A stretch of DNA of 64,000 nt from Gracilinema caldarium (GTDB lineage Bacteria > Spirochaetota > Spirochaetia > Treponematales > Breznakiellaceae). Shown here piece after piece: positions 38,717 to 48,977 of this stretch. The DNA is taken from the NCBI RefSeq assembly GCF_029265695.1, contig NZ_JAJUHW010000001.1, positions 48,992 through 112,991 of the forward strand, in the 5' to 3' direction. Within the stretch, counting starts at the first letter, position 1, and each line of letters starts with the position of its first letter. The position numbers were made by a program, and so were the translations under genes. Below the pieces are notes generated by a model. The model worked only from the letters and a program-made list of their open reading frames with translations. It made no database searches and was not told where the DNA came from.

Positions 38717-39801
38717 GCAAAGATGCGCCGAAAGAACAGATACAAAAAATATCGAGTATCGATGAAATTGCAAAAGCCCTCGGAGTATCAAAATCTACAG
38801 TTTCTCGGGCAATTTCGGGCAAAGGGCGGATCGGGCAGGAGACAAGAGAAAAGGTATTATCCTTTATAGATCTCCATGGATTTAAGCCAAACCTCATCGC
38901 TAAAAGCCTTGCTGTTTCAAGGACTTTTAATATCGCTGTAGTTATTCCTTCGGATGCAGAGGTTCAGGAAATTCCATTTTTCCAAGGTTGTCTGCATGCT
39001 ATTTCACAAACTATTACCCAATGGGACTATGATGTCATTCTGTCTATCACTACTGAACACAATATTTCTTCGGTAAAAAGACTGGTAAGAAACAGAAAAG
39101 TAGATGGTATTATTCTGACCCGGCCACTTATTGATGACAAAGCGATCTCGTTTCTAAAAGAGACTGAAGTGCCATTTCTCGTTATTGGTAATCCGGGAGT
39201 TGATACGGTTGTTCAAATTGATAGCGATCATATCACTGGTTGCAGAGATGCGACGGAGCATATTTTACGTCAGCGTTTTGTAAATCATGTATTATTGGCT
39301 GGTAATCCCCATCATCGGGTTAATCAAAATAGGTTTTTTGGCTATCAATCAGCTCTTCAGAAACAGGGAATAAAGATAGGTATAGAGATCTCATACCACG
39401 ATCTTACAAAAATAAAAAAAGACAGATTCGATTATCCAATTGTTGTTTGGGATATATCCAGCCAGACAGCCATTGATGAAACTTTACATACCATAATGTT
39501 AAAAAAACCTGCATGTCTTATTTGTATGGATGATGTTATCGCGAGCAAAACAATTAATTATCTTACACGGCACCATATTCGAATACCTCAAGACATCAGA
39601 TTAGTCTCTTTTCATGACAGTGCTGCTATGGAACATAATATTCCGCCTGTTTCTGCGGTTCATGTACACATCGCTGAATTGGGGCGAATGGCGGGGAGTA
39701 CCATCATTAATATGATAGAGGGTCGTCCATTTGAATTTGTAAACAGGCTTCCTGCGGAATTTGTTGTAAGAGAGTCATCATTAAATTTCCACGGCGATTG
39801 A
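38701..39801 (+). CDS. LacI-family regulator of the galactan locus
   Basis: SIDEIAKALGVSKSTVSRAISG, GFKPNLIAKSLA, IPQDIRLVSF. Confidence 0.92.
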   Translation: MSNRLRKDAPKEQIQKISSIDEIAKALGVSKSTVSRAISGKGRIGQETREKVLSFIDLHGFKPNLIAKSLAVSRTFNIAVVIPSDAEVQEIPFFQGCLHAISQTITQWDYDVILSITTEHNISSVKRLVRNRKVDGIILTRPLIDDKAISFLKETEVPFLVIGNPGVDTVVQIDSDHITGCRDATEHILRQRFVNHVLLAGNPHHRVNQNRFFGYQSALQKQGIKIGIEISYHDLTKIKKDRFDYPIVVWDISSQTAIDETLHTIMLKKPACLICMDDVIASKTINYLTRHHIRIPQDIRLVSFHDSAAMEHNIPPVSAVHVHIAELGRMAGSTIINMIEGRPFEFVNRLPAEFVVRESSLNFHGD

Positions 39802-39865
39802 ATCGCTGGAAATGATAAATGGATCTGTAGCTAACTAACAGATCTACAAACTAAGGAGGTTGAAT

Positions 39866-41077
39866 ATGAAGAAACAATGGCTCTATGTAGTCTTGTTGCT
39901 GGTTCCCGCATTTGTTTTTGGTGCGGGAGAGACCGAAAAGCAGGGTGTAAAAGGCTCATCACAGGATGTTACACTCACGGTATGGGAATCTACTAATGGT
40001 CCCGATGAGTTTATTAAACAGGCAGGAGTTGCTTTTACTCAGAGGTATCCAAAAATAAAAATTAAATATGTGAATGTAGAGCTCGGAGATGCAGCTGGCC
40101 AGATTGCCCTGGACGGTCCTGCTGGTGTGGGACCGGATGTATTTGCTGCACCCCATGACAAGCTGGGAGAACTTGTTTCAGGAGGTCATATTTTACCTAC
40201 CAAAAATCCGGAGCCGATTAAAAAACAGGTTTTAAGTTCATGTGCTACAGCACTTACATATAATGGAAAAATGTATGGCTATCCTGTTTCTGCAGAAACT
40301 TATGCGCTATTTTACAACCGTGCTTTAATAAAGGATAACGAAGTTCCAAAAACATGGGAAGAACTTGTATCCTTTGCAAAGAAATTTAATAGCGCTAATC
40401 CTGGCAAATATGCGTTCATTATGGATGTTGGAAACGCATATTACACAATAATTTTTACAACTAGTGATGGTAACCGCCTGTTTGGTCCTAGCGGAACAGA
40501 TATAACCAAAACCAATATTAATTCAGATAAATCTATTAAGGGAATGAAGTTTTTCCAGAGTTTGAGAACAATTCTAAATGTGCCCGCTGCAGATCTGACA
40601 ACTTCAGTGGCCGATACTGCATTCTCCTCGGGTAAAGCAGCTATGTACATTACTGGTCTCTGGAATGTGGTTCCTTTTAAAAACGCAAATATCGATTTTG
40701 GTGTAGCTCCACTTCCCTCATTGCCAGGAGATAAAACCCCGGCTGCATCATTCTCGGGAACCAGAGCAATGTTTGTTTCTGCTTATTCTGATCATCCTGA
40801 GGAAGCAAATCTGTTTGCGGAATTTCTAGTCTCCCCTGAAATGCAGCAATTACGATTCAAAATTACTGGAGCGCTTCCAGCGATCAATACAAAAGAAGAT
40901 AGTCCCTATATGGCCGGATTCCTAAAACAATTGGATTATGCTTTCCCAATGCCTTCTATTCCACAAATGAGCGCTTATTGGGAAGCCATGGGAAATGCAA
41001 GTAAAAATATTTGGGATGGTGCAGATGTAAAAAAAGAATTAGATGCCTGTAACGCGGCAATCCTTGGAAAAAAATAA
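39866..41077 (+). CDS. Sugar ABC transporter substrate-binding protein (MalE/GanS-like)
   Basis: Signal peptide, GPDVFAAPHD, ETYALFYN, MPSIPQMSAYW; GGAGG SD. Confidence 0.9.
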   Translation: MKKQWLYVVLLLVPAFVFGAGETEKQGVKGSSQDVTLTVWESTNGPDEFIKQAGVAFTQRYPKIKIKYVNVELGDAAGQIALDGPAGVGPDVFAAPHDKLGELVSGGHILPTKNPEPIKKQVLSSCATALTYNGKMYGYPVSAETYALFYNRALIKDNEVPKTWEELVSFAKKFNSANPGKYAFIMDVGNAYYTIIFTTSDGNRLFGPSGTDITKTNINSDKSIKGMKFFQSLRTILNVPAADLTTSVADTAFSSGKAAMYITGLWNVVPFKNANIDFGVAPLPSLPGDKTPAASFSGTRAMFVSAYSDHPEEANLFAEFLVSPEMQQLRFKITGALPAINTKEDSPYMAGFLKQLDYAFPMPSIPQMSAYWEAMGNASKNIWDGADVKKELDACNAAILGKK

Positions 41078-41087
41078 AATAGTATGT

Positions 41088-41137
41088 ACAAGCCAATTTT
41101 GATCGAAAGAAACGTTTGAAATTGGCTTGTGTTTTTT
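41088..41137 (+). terminator. Intercistronic stem-loop after the SBP gene
   Basis: ACAAGCCAATTT 41088-41099 / AAATTGGCTTGT 41119-41130 followed by GTTTTTT. Confidence 0.75.
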
Positions 41138-41192
41138 GATTCTTCATCATTACAGAGCTCCACAGGGAATTGAATAAGCGCTGGGAGGATCA

Positions 41193-42515
41193 ATGACAGC
41201 CAAATTAGCAGTGGATGGAAAAGAACAAAATAAAATATTACGAACCGCTTTGGTATGGATGGGATTAGCCCACATCATATATTTAAAAGATTATGTAAAG
41301 GGATTAATTTTTTCTACTATCGAAGCTGTGTTCCTGCTTTTTTTGCCTTCTATCATCACAAAAATAATAAACCTTGTTACGCTTGGATCTCCTGAACTGG
41401 ATTTACCTATCAAGCTGCGAGGCAATTCTATTTTTATGCTGATTGATGGAATTTTAACTTTAAGTATTATTGTTCTTTTTATCATACTTTATGTAATTTC
41501 TATTAAAAGCGCTTTAGCTGGATATTCCGAATATTGTCGCCGGAAACGTTACCAGACCTTTGCTGAATCATTGAGAATGACGCAAAGCAAAGCTTTCCCC
41601 ATTATAGGGCTTACTCCCAGTTTTTTACTTATTCTAGTCCTTGTTGTGGTACCGCTGGTTTTCTCTGCCAGTGTTGCATTCACCAATTATTCTGCACCAG
41701 ATCATATACCGCCAAATAATACAGTAGACTGGGTTGGTTTAGACAATTTTAAAACTTTGCTGGGAGGCGAAGCTTCATGGTCAGCGGGTTTTGCCCGTGT
41801 AGCTCTATGGACTGTTTTGTGGGCCTTTGCTGCTACACTTACCTGTTATTTTGGGGGACTCTTCGTCGCTATTTTATTACGAGAAAGTAAAGTTAAGCTG
41901 GCTCCTCTATTTCGTCTCATTTTTATTTTACCCTATGCGGTTCCATCAGTTGTGAGTATGCTGGTCTGGAGAAATCTCCTCAATGGAACCTTTGGTACAA
42001 TAAACAGAACCCTGATGGCTATCAATGTAATTACTGAACCAATTCCCTGGCTTGGGCACCCGGAACTTGCAAAGCTTGTAGTCATTTTAATAAACCTGTG
42101 GGCTGGTTTTGGTTATTTTATGTTACTTGCGAGTGGAGCTATGACGGCGGTTTCTCAAGATATTTTTGAAGCGGCTCGAATCGACGGTGCAAGCCGGTTC
42201 CAAGTAGTTAGACATATTACCCTGCCCCTTGTTCTTTATCAAACCATGCCTCTTATCATAATGTCTTTTACTTATAACATTAACAATTTTGGAGCAATTT
42301 TCTTTCTTACTGGAGGCAGCCCCACGGTAGCAGATAGTACTATTACAAGCGCGGGTGGTACAGATATCTTGGTCACCTGGATATACAAACTTACGATTAC
42401 CTTACTGAAATATAACTATGCGTCTGTTATAGCTGTCATGATATTTATTGTATTAGCGCCCTTCGCCATTTTTAACTTTCGTCAAACTAAGGCGTATAAG
42501 GAGGGGGATCTATGA
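41193..42515 (+). CDS. Sugar ABC transporter permease (MalF/GanP-like)
   Basis: WVGLDNF, EAA motif FEAARIDGASRFQVVRHITLP, TDILVTWIY. Confidence 0.93.
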   Translation: MTAKLAVDGKEQNKILRTALVWMGLAHIIYLKDYVKGLIFSTIEAVFLLFLPSIITKIINLVTLGSPELDLPIKLRGNSIFMLIDGILTLSIIVLFIILYVISIKSALAGYSEYCRRKRYQTFAESLRMTQSKAFPIIGLTPSFLLILVLVVVPLVFSASVAFTNYSAPDHIPPNNTVDWVGLDNFKTLLGGEASWSAGFARVALWTVLWAFAATLTCYFGGLFVAILLRESKVKLAPLFRLIFILPYAVPSVVSMLVWRNLLNGTFGTINRTLMAINVITEPIPWLGHPELAKLVVILINLWAGFGYFMLLASGAMTAVSQDIFEAARIDGASRFQVVRHITLPLVLYQTMPLIIMSFTYNINNFGAIFFLTGGSPTVADSTITSAGGTDILVTWIYKLTITLLKYNYASVIAVMIFIVLAPFAIFNFRQTKAYKEGDL

Positions 42516-43357
42516 AAAAAAATTATGCTATGGTCGAATATCTTAACAAAATAATTTCCATGCTTGTTTTTTTAGTCATCGCCTTTTTTGTACTATATCC
42601 CCTTGTATATGTTGTAAGCGCTGCATTTTCCCCGGGAACCGGAATTGCATCGGTTAATATAATACCTTTTAGAGACGGTTTTACAGTAAAGCATTTCCAG
42701 AGGCTTTTTTCAGAGACTTTATATGGAACATGGTTTCTTAATACTTTATATATTGCTGCAAGCACGTCGCTTATAACAGTTTTTATCACAACCCTTGCTG
42801 CCTATGTATATTCAAGATTCAATTTTAGCTTAAAAAAACCGCTACTCATGTCATATTTGATTCTACAGATCTTTCCATCTTTTGTCGGTATGGTTGCCAT
42901 ATATGTCATACTACTCCGCATTAACGGACTCGATACGCTTTGGGGGCTAGTACTTGTATATGTTGCAGGGAACCTTCCGTATAATACATGGCTTGTAAAG
43001 AATTACATGGATACGGTGTCTCGAAATCTTGATGAGGCTGCACGGATAGATGGGGCAGGACATTTTACGATTTTTACAACTATTATGCTTCCAATTGCAA
43101 AACCCATCATTTCATTTCTTGCTATTACAAGTTTTACTGCTCCCTGGATGGACTATATATTTCCGAGAATGGTTTTAAGGTCCGCAGAAAAACAAACTCT
43201 TGCACTGGGTTTATTTGGATTTGTTACGGACAAGAAAAATGAATTTACAACATTTGCGGCGGGATCTCTTATTGTTGCAATTCCATTCATCTTATTTTTC
43301 CTTGTTTCGCAAAAGCTAATGGTAACTAGCTTTAGCGGTGCAGCTGTAAAGGAGTAA
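42512..43357 (+). CDS. Sugar ABC transporter permease (MalG/GanQ-like)
   Basis: EAA motif LDEAARIDGAG, APWMDYI, FAAGSLIVAIP. Confidence 0.93.
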   Translation: MKKNYAMVEYLNKIISMLVFLVIAFFVLYPLVYVVSAAFSPGTGIASVNIIPFRDGFTVKHFQRLFSETLYGTWFLNTLYIAASTSLITVFITTLAAYVYSRFNFSLKKPLLMSYLILQIFPSFVGMVAIYVILLRINGLDTLWGLVLVYVAGNLPYNTWLVKNYMDTVSRNLDEAARIDGAGHFTIFTTIMLPIAKPIISFLAITSFTAPWMDYIFPRMVLRSAEKQTLALGLFGFVTDKKNEFTTFAAGSLIVAIPFILFFLVSQKLMVTSFSGAAVKE

Positions 43358-43363
43358 AGAAAT

Positions 43364-45427
43364 ATGAAAACACATTATTTTCCCCTGTATATGATTGCCA
43401 TTGCATCAACCATACTGCTGCTTTTTTCATGCGCGAATTTACCTAATAATGAGGCTGTGGGGAGAAGTATGTCTCAACAGATTATTCCTGTTGATACTAC
43501 TAAAGATTATCAAATCTTTGTTAAGCCTGTGCAAAATCTTCCAGATGATTTCATTATGGGAATGGATATTTCAAGCATCATCGCATTGGAAAAAAGTGGT
43601 GTTCTTTTTAGAAATGAACAAGGGGAAGTACAGGATATTTTTAAGACCCTTTCGGAGGCTGGTATTAATTCTATTCGCGTACGGATATGGAATGATCCAT
43701 TTACTGCTGACGGGAAAGGGTATGGCGGAGGCAATAATGATATAAAGACCGCCATAGAAATTGGTAAGCGGGCCACCCAATGGGGTATGTCCGTCTTATT
43801 TGATTATCATTATTCGGATTTTTGGGCTGATCCATCCAAACAACAAGCTCCGAAAGCTTGGAAAACTTTGAGTATAGAGAAAAAAGAAAAAGCCCTTTAT
43901 GAATATACTAAAAAAACTTTAAAGATGGCTCTGGATGCAGGTGTAAATGTTAAAATTGTGCAAATCGGGAATGAAACCACAGGAGTGTTTTGCGGAGAAA
44001 ATAATTGGATACGTATTGGTACGCTCATGCAAGCTGGCAGCAGGGCTGTCCGTGAAATCAGCAAAGAAAGAAAAAGGGCTATACAAATCGCTATTCATTT
44101 TACCAACCCTGAAAAAGCAGGGGAATATGAGCGATATGTGAAAATTTTGGAAAAACAAAATGTCGATTATGATATATTCGCTTCTTCCTATTATCCATAC
44201 TGGCATGGAAGTGTACAGCAATTTGCTGAAGTCCTTAAAAATACCGCTAAAATTTCTGGTAAAAAGGTTATGTGCGTGGAAACATCCTATGCATATACCT
44301 ATGAGGATGGAGATGGATTTCCTAATACTATCTCACGAGATTCGGTTGTAGAAAAACCATATCCAATTACGGTGCAGGGGCAGGCAAATGCGATTCGGGA
44401 TACAATTGCTGCAGTAGCATCGGTCGGAAATGCAGGAATCGGTGTTTATTACTGGGAAGGGGCATGGATCCCTGTTCCAGGTAAAAATAAAGAAGAGCGT
44501 CAGATGCTCTGGGAAAAGTATGGTTCAGGATGGGCTGCAAGCTATTCTGTAGAATATGATGCTAAAGATGCGGGGGTCTATTATGGAGGATCCTCCTGGG
44601 ATAATCAAGCACAGTTTGATTTTACCGGCAAGCCATTAGCATCTCTTTCGGTGTGGAAACTTATACGGTATGGTTCAAAGACAGCGGTTCGTCCAGACAG
44701 TGCTGAAGAATTAGAACTTCGTGTCCGTTTGGGGGATGCGGTTACACTACCCGAAACTATTAAAGTTATAATGAATGATGGCAGCATACAGAACATGGAA
44801 GTTCTATGGGATAGTACTGCAATACAGATAAATACTGGACCAAATTATGGTAAAATACGTGAGCTTAATGGCATTTCTCATGGGCCAGTATCAGATTATT
44901 TAGTATATGGAAATGTTATTGATGAATTTTCTAACATTTCACCGGTACGAGCCTTGCTTAGACTTTCGATCGTAGAAAAGAACTATGTGGAAAACCCCAG
45001 CTTCGAAGATAAAAATCTTTCCATGTGGCGTATCGAAAATATCGATGGAATAACGACTGAACTATTTGTACAGGAAAAGGTTTCAGACGCAAAAACGGGG
45101 GCAAAGGCACTACATTTTTGGTCTAAAAACAAAGTTGCTTTCAGGGTTGAGCAAACAGTACGCGGTCTTGCTCCTGGACTCTATAAATTAAGCATGACAA
45201 TCCATGGCGGGGATGCAAAGAACCCAAATATGTATTTGTATGCTATATCAAATGGTTCAGAACTAAGAACAGAAACAACAGTAGATGGTTGGAGAAATTT
45301 TAAGACCCCTGTCATCCCAAAAATAAATGTAACTGATGGTACTGTGATTATTGGGGCCTATATATCATGCGATGCAAATGGCTGGGGGTCGCTGGATGAT
45401 TTTATTCTCAGTCCTCTTCAGGAATAG
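43364..45427 (+). CDS. GH53 arabinogalactan endo-1,4-beta-galactanase lipoprotein with Ig-like and C-terminal carbohydrate-binding-like domains
   Basis: Lipobox LLFSC, MGMDISS, RVRIWNDP, YHYSDFWADP, QIGNET (acid/base), VETSY (nucleophile). Confidence 0.93.
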   Translation: MKTHYFPLYMIAIASTILLLFSCANLPNNEAVGRSMSQQIIPVDTTKDYQIFVKPVQNLPDDFIMGMDISSIIALEKSGVLFRNEQGEVQDIFKTLSEAGINSIRVRIWNDPFTADGKGYGGGNNDIKTAIEIGKRATQWGMSVLFDYHYSDFWADPSKQQAPKAWKTLSIEKKEKALYEYTKKTLKMALDAGVNVKIVQIGNETTGVFCGENNWIRIGTLMQAGSRAVREISKERKRAIQIAIHFTNPEKAGEYERYVKILEKQNVDYDIFASSYYPYWHGSVQQFAEVLKNTAKISGKKVMCVETSYAYTYEDGDGFPNTISRDSVVEKPYPITVQGQANAIRDTIAAVASVGNAGIGVYYWEGAWIPVPGKNKEERQMLWEKYGSGWAASYSVEYDAKDAGVYYGGSSWDNQAQFDFTGKPLASLSVWKLIRYGSKTAVRPDSAEELELRVRLGDAVTLPETIKVIMNDGSIQNMEVLWDSTAIQINTGPNYGKIRELNGISHGPVSDYLVYGNVIDEFSNISPVRALLRLSIVEKNYVENPSFEDKNLSMWRIENIDGITTELFVQEKVSDAKTGAKALHFWSKNKVAFRVEQTVRGLAPGLYKLSMTIHGGDAKNPNMYLYAISNGSELRTETTVDGWRNFKTPVIPKINVTDGTVIIGAYISCDANGWGSLDDFILSPLQE

Positions 45428-45441
45428 GCGGCGGAAAAAGT

Positions 45442-47487
45442 ATGGATAACTTTGGTTTTGTTCCCGAATATTTGGTAAAAAATGATAGCCCCTGGTTTCC
45501 TATGATGGGTGAATTTCATTATTCTCGATACCCAGAATCTTTCTGGAAAGAAGCACTCCTAAAAATAAAGGCTGGCGGTATAGATATTGTTTCTTCTTAT
45601 GTCATTTGGATTCATCATGAAGAGATCGAGGGTGTGTACGATTTTTCTGGCTCAAGAAATCTGAGAAAATTTATACAAACGGTTCAGGAATGCGGCCTCT
45701 ATTTCTTTTTACGGATTGGTCCTTGGTGTCATGGCGAAGTCCGCAATGGCGGGTTCCCGGATTGGCTACTTGCAAAACCGTTCTCGCTGCGGACCAATAA
45801 CGAAGGATATTGTTCGGAGGTAGAAAAATACTACCGAGCTATTTACAAACAAGTTGAAGGTTTGTTTTTTCGAGATGGTGGGCCGATTTTAGGAATTCAA
45901 ATAGAAAATGAATATGGGCATTGCGGAGGACTTAATGGTTCCGAAGGAGAAGCCCATATGAATCGGCTTACTGATCTTGCGAGGCAAATAGGTTTCGATG
46001 CGCCCTATTGGACAGCTACCGGATGGGGAGGAGCTGTTACCGGCGGTCTGCTTCCTGTTATGGGCGGATATTGTGAAGCCCCATGGGATCAAAGGCTTAC
46101 CGAGATTGAACCAAGCGGAAATTATATTTTTACCCATGAACGAAATGATCACAATATTGGAAGTGATGTACGGCCCGGTACGGGGCTTACTTTTGACACA
46201 GCTCGATTTCCATATCTTACCGCTGAATTGGGGGGAGGGCTTCAAGTTACGCGACATCGGAGGCCTGTTGCCACAGCCCAAGATATCGGTGCTATGACGC
46301 TATCAAAATTGGGGAGCGGTGTAAACCTATTGGGTTATTATATGTATCACGGGGGAACTAATCCAAAAGGTAAGTTAAGCAGCCTCCATGAATCTCGGGC
46401 TACGGGATCAATAAATGATGTCCCAGAGCTCTCCTATGATTTTCGTGCTCCAATTCGTGAATATGGTCAAATATCTGACACATATCGAGAAATAAAACTG
46501 TTTTCATATTTTGTTCATGATTTTGGTGAAGATCTCTGCAAAATGCCTGCAATAATTCCAGAAGAGAACCCGCTCTATCCTGAAGATTCTAACGCGATTC
46601 GTTATTCATGGAGGATTCAGAACGGTTCGGGCTATCTCTTTGTAAATAATTATCAACGGCGTCAAATACAGTCAGAGCATACACAGGTTGTTTTTACAGC
46701 ACCTGTTCATACAGATGATGATAAAGATATTCGCTTCCCTCCTCTTGATATTAAAAACGGCGATTATTTTTTCCTCCCCTTTGGCATACAGGTAGGGGAT
46801 GCGTTTTTAGAAACAGCCCTCGTAACACCGCTCTGCATCATTTCAGGCAACAGCGTAGATGATAAAACGAGACACAAACCAACTTGGATATTTTATACTA
46901 GCTTTACTTATGCGGAAGAGCTCTTGCTAAGGGGTATGCTCGATGATTTATTTCAATTTAAAAATGGATTCTGGCCTACTACGGTAACTGTAGTGACATT
47001 GACAAGAAAAGAAGCCCTGAACTTATGGAAATTTAAGGATACCTTTATTATTGATGAATCTTTATTGCTAGAAGATGGAGAAACCATATTCCGATATACT
47101 AGAAAACCCAGCCCTCATATTGAATATCATCCCATTGATGAATCAAAATTTACCAAGAACAATCAATCCTTTCGGTATTGGAAAATAGAAATTCCACAAT
47201 GGTCTGGGGAAGACTTGTTTCTTACAATTTCATGGGAAGGAGATGTAGCTCGGCTTTATAAGGATGAAGAACTTCTTGCCGATGATTTCTACACCGGAAA
47301 AGGTCATCATTGGGAAATAGGACTCAAGCGATTCGGTCAAGGAAAATGCCATGAATTGATTTTGGAAATTGAACCGCTTTATAAGAATACTCCTGTTTTT
47401 CTTGAAACTTGGCCTCATTTTCAGGAAGGGATAGTTTGTGCCTGCAGTTCGATACATTCAGAAATAGAAGAGAAACAGCAAATATAG
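45442..47487 (+). CDS. GH35 beta-galactosidase
   Basis: GEFHYSRYP, YVIWIHHEE, RIGPWCHGEVRNGG, QIENEYG, TAELGGG, YYMYHGGTNP. Confidence 0.92.
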   Translation: MDNFGFVPEYLVKNDSPWFPMMGEFHYSRYPESFWKEALLKIKAGGIDIVSSYVIWIHHEEIEGVYDFSGSRNLRKFIQTVQECGLYFFLRIGPWCHGEVRNGGFPDWLLAKPFSLRTNNEGYCSEVEKYYRAIYKQVEGLFFRDGGPILGIQIENEYGHCGGLNGSEGEAHMNRLTDLARQIGFDAPYWTATGWGGAVTGGLLPVMGGYCEAPWDQRLTEIEPSGNYIFTHERNDHNIGSDVRPGTGLTFDTARFPYLTAELGGGLQVTRHRRPVATAQDIGAMTLSKLGSGVNLLGYYMYHGGTNPKGKLSSLHESRATGSINDVPELSYDFRAPIREYGQISDTYREIKLFSYFVHDFGEDLCKMPAIIPEENPLYPEDSNAIRYSWRIQNGSGYLFVNNYQRRQIQSEHTQVVFTAPVHTDDDKDIRFPPLDIKNGDYFFLPFGIQVGDAFLETALVTPLCIISGNSVDDKTRHKPTWIFYTSFTYAEELLLRGMLDDLFQFKNGFWPTTVTVVTLTRKEALNLWKFKDTFIIDESLLLEDGETIFRYTRKPSPHIEYHPIDESKFTKNNQSFRYWKIEIPQWSGEDLFLTISWEGDVARLYKDEELLADDFYTGKGHHWEIGLKRFGQGKCHELILEIEPLYKNTPVFLETWPHFQEGIVCACSSIHSEIEEKQQI

Positions 47488-47495
47488 TAAAGGAT

Positions 47496-47529
47496 GCCGG
47501 ATGAAAGATGAAATCCTGTATCATCCGGC
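47496..47529. terminator. Hairpin between the convergent GH35 and metY genes
   Basis: GCCGGATGA 47496-47504 / TCATCCGGC 47521-47529; no strong U tract. Confidence 0.55.
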
Positions 47530-47563
47530 GAATAACCTGTCCCTAATCTTTTCTGCTTTTTAA

Positions 47564-48862
47564 TTAATCCGCAAGCGCCTGATCCAGGTCTGCTAGTATA
47601 TCCTTAATGTTTTCTAAACCAATAGAAAGCCGTACTAGGTCTGGAGTAACTCCCGCTGCCTGTTGCTGCTCTTCGGAAAGCTGGGAGTGGGAGGTGCTTG
47701 CGGGATGCAAAGCCAGGGACTTGGCGTCCCCTACGTTTGCAAGGTGTGAAAAAAGCTGAAGCTTATTGATGAAGCGCTCGCCGGCTGTTTTCCCGCCCTT
47801 TACGCCAAAGACTACCATGCCTCCGTATCCCTTAGTTAGGTACTTCTTAGCGATTTCGTGGCTTGGATCATCTTTCAGACCAGGATATCGAACCCAGGAA
47901 ACCGACTTGTGGCGCTGCAGAAATTCCGCCACTTCCAACGCGTTAGAGCAGTGGCGGGCCATTCTCAGTGGCAGGGTCTCCAGGCCCTGAATAAAGAGCC
48001 AGGCGTTGTCCGGTGAAAGGCATGCCCCCAGATTCCGCAATGGCACGGTCCTAAAGCGCAGGGCAAAGGCAATTTTTTTAAGCTCCGCAGGCAGGTCCAG
48101 TGCCCATCTGAGCCCATGGTAGTTCTTGTCAGGCTGGGTAAAGAGTGTAAATTTTGGATCCGACCAGTCAAAGGTCCCTGCATCGGTTACGATACCGCCA
48201 ATCGCAGTTCCATGACCTCCCATCCATTTGGTAAGGGAGTTGATGACAATATCTGCACCATGTTCAATGGTTCGTAACAGGTAAGGGCTTGTAAATGTCC
48301 CGTCTACCACCAGGGGAAGCCCGTGAGAGTGGGCGATTCCTGCGATCTCTTTGAGGTCCGCCACATCAAGGGAGGGGTTCCCGATAGTTTCTACATACAG
48401 GAGCTTAGTTTTTTCAGTGATTGCCTTTTTAAAACTTGATAGATCATGAATATCTGCCCAGCGGGTCTGTATGCCGAGATCAGGTAAGATGGCGTCGAAC
48501 ATGGTATAGGTGCCGCCATACAGGTTGCTGGCGGACACAATTTCATCACCTGCGCGGGCTATGGTGATTATCGTATTAAAAATTGCTGCGGTTCCAGAGG
48601 CCACAGAGACAGAGGCTGCGCCGCCTTCCAGCTCGCTTACCATAGCTTCCAGCATATCGTTGGTTGGATTCCCCAGCCGGGAGTAGATGTTGCCAAATTC
48701 CTTAAGGGCAAAGAGATTTGCTGCATGTTCGGTATTTTTAAACACAAAAGAACTGGTCCGATACACCGCCGGTGCCCTAGAAAGGGTGGTGGGATCCGGT
48801 TGCTGTCCGCCATGGACCGCCAAAGTATCAAAGTAGTATTTCTGTGCTTCTGCTGGAGCCAT
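47564..48862 (-). CDS. metY: O-acetylhomoserine aminocarboxypropyltransferase/sulfhydrylase
   Basis: YSRLGNPT, LYGGTY, ETIGNP, SLTKWMGGHG, ANVGDAKSL..HPASTSH. Confidence 0.95.
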   Translation of the reverse strand: MAPAEAQKYYFDTLAVHGGQQPDPTTLSRAPAVYRTSSFVFKNTEHAANLFALKEFGNIYSRLGNPTNDMLEAMVSELEGGAASVSVASGTAAIFNTIITIARAGDEIVSASNLYGGTYTMFDAILPDLGIQTRWADIHDLSSFKKAITEKTKLLYVETIGNPSLDVADLKEIAGIAHSHGLPLVVDGTFTSPYLLRTIEHGADIVINSLTKWMGGHGTAIGGIVTDAGTFDWSDPKFTLFTQPDKNYHGLRWALDLPAELKKIAFALRFRTVPLRNLGACLSPDNAWLFIQGLETLPLRMARHCSNALEVAEFLQRHKSVSWVRYPGLKDDPSHEIAKKYLTKGYGGMVVFGVKGGKTAGERFINKLQLFSHLANVGDAKSLALHPASTSHSQLSEEQQQAAGVTPDLVRLSIGLENIKDILADLDQALAD

Positions 48863-48977
48863 TGGTACCCTCCTGGTTATAGTTTACTATAATAGTAAGA
48901 CATATTGCATTGCCATGAAAAGGGGGATCATAAAAAAATGCAACAAAAATGTGATAAATTTGTCTATAATTAACGAT

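Noticed and set aside
47496-47529. Enterobacterial REP sequence (GCCGGATG arm)
   Set aside because: Only the 8-nt arm matches and it is a single copy between convergent genes; treated as an ordinary hairpin.
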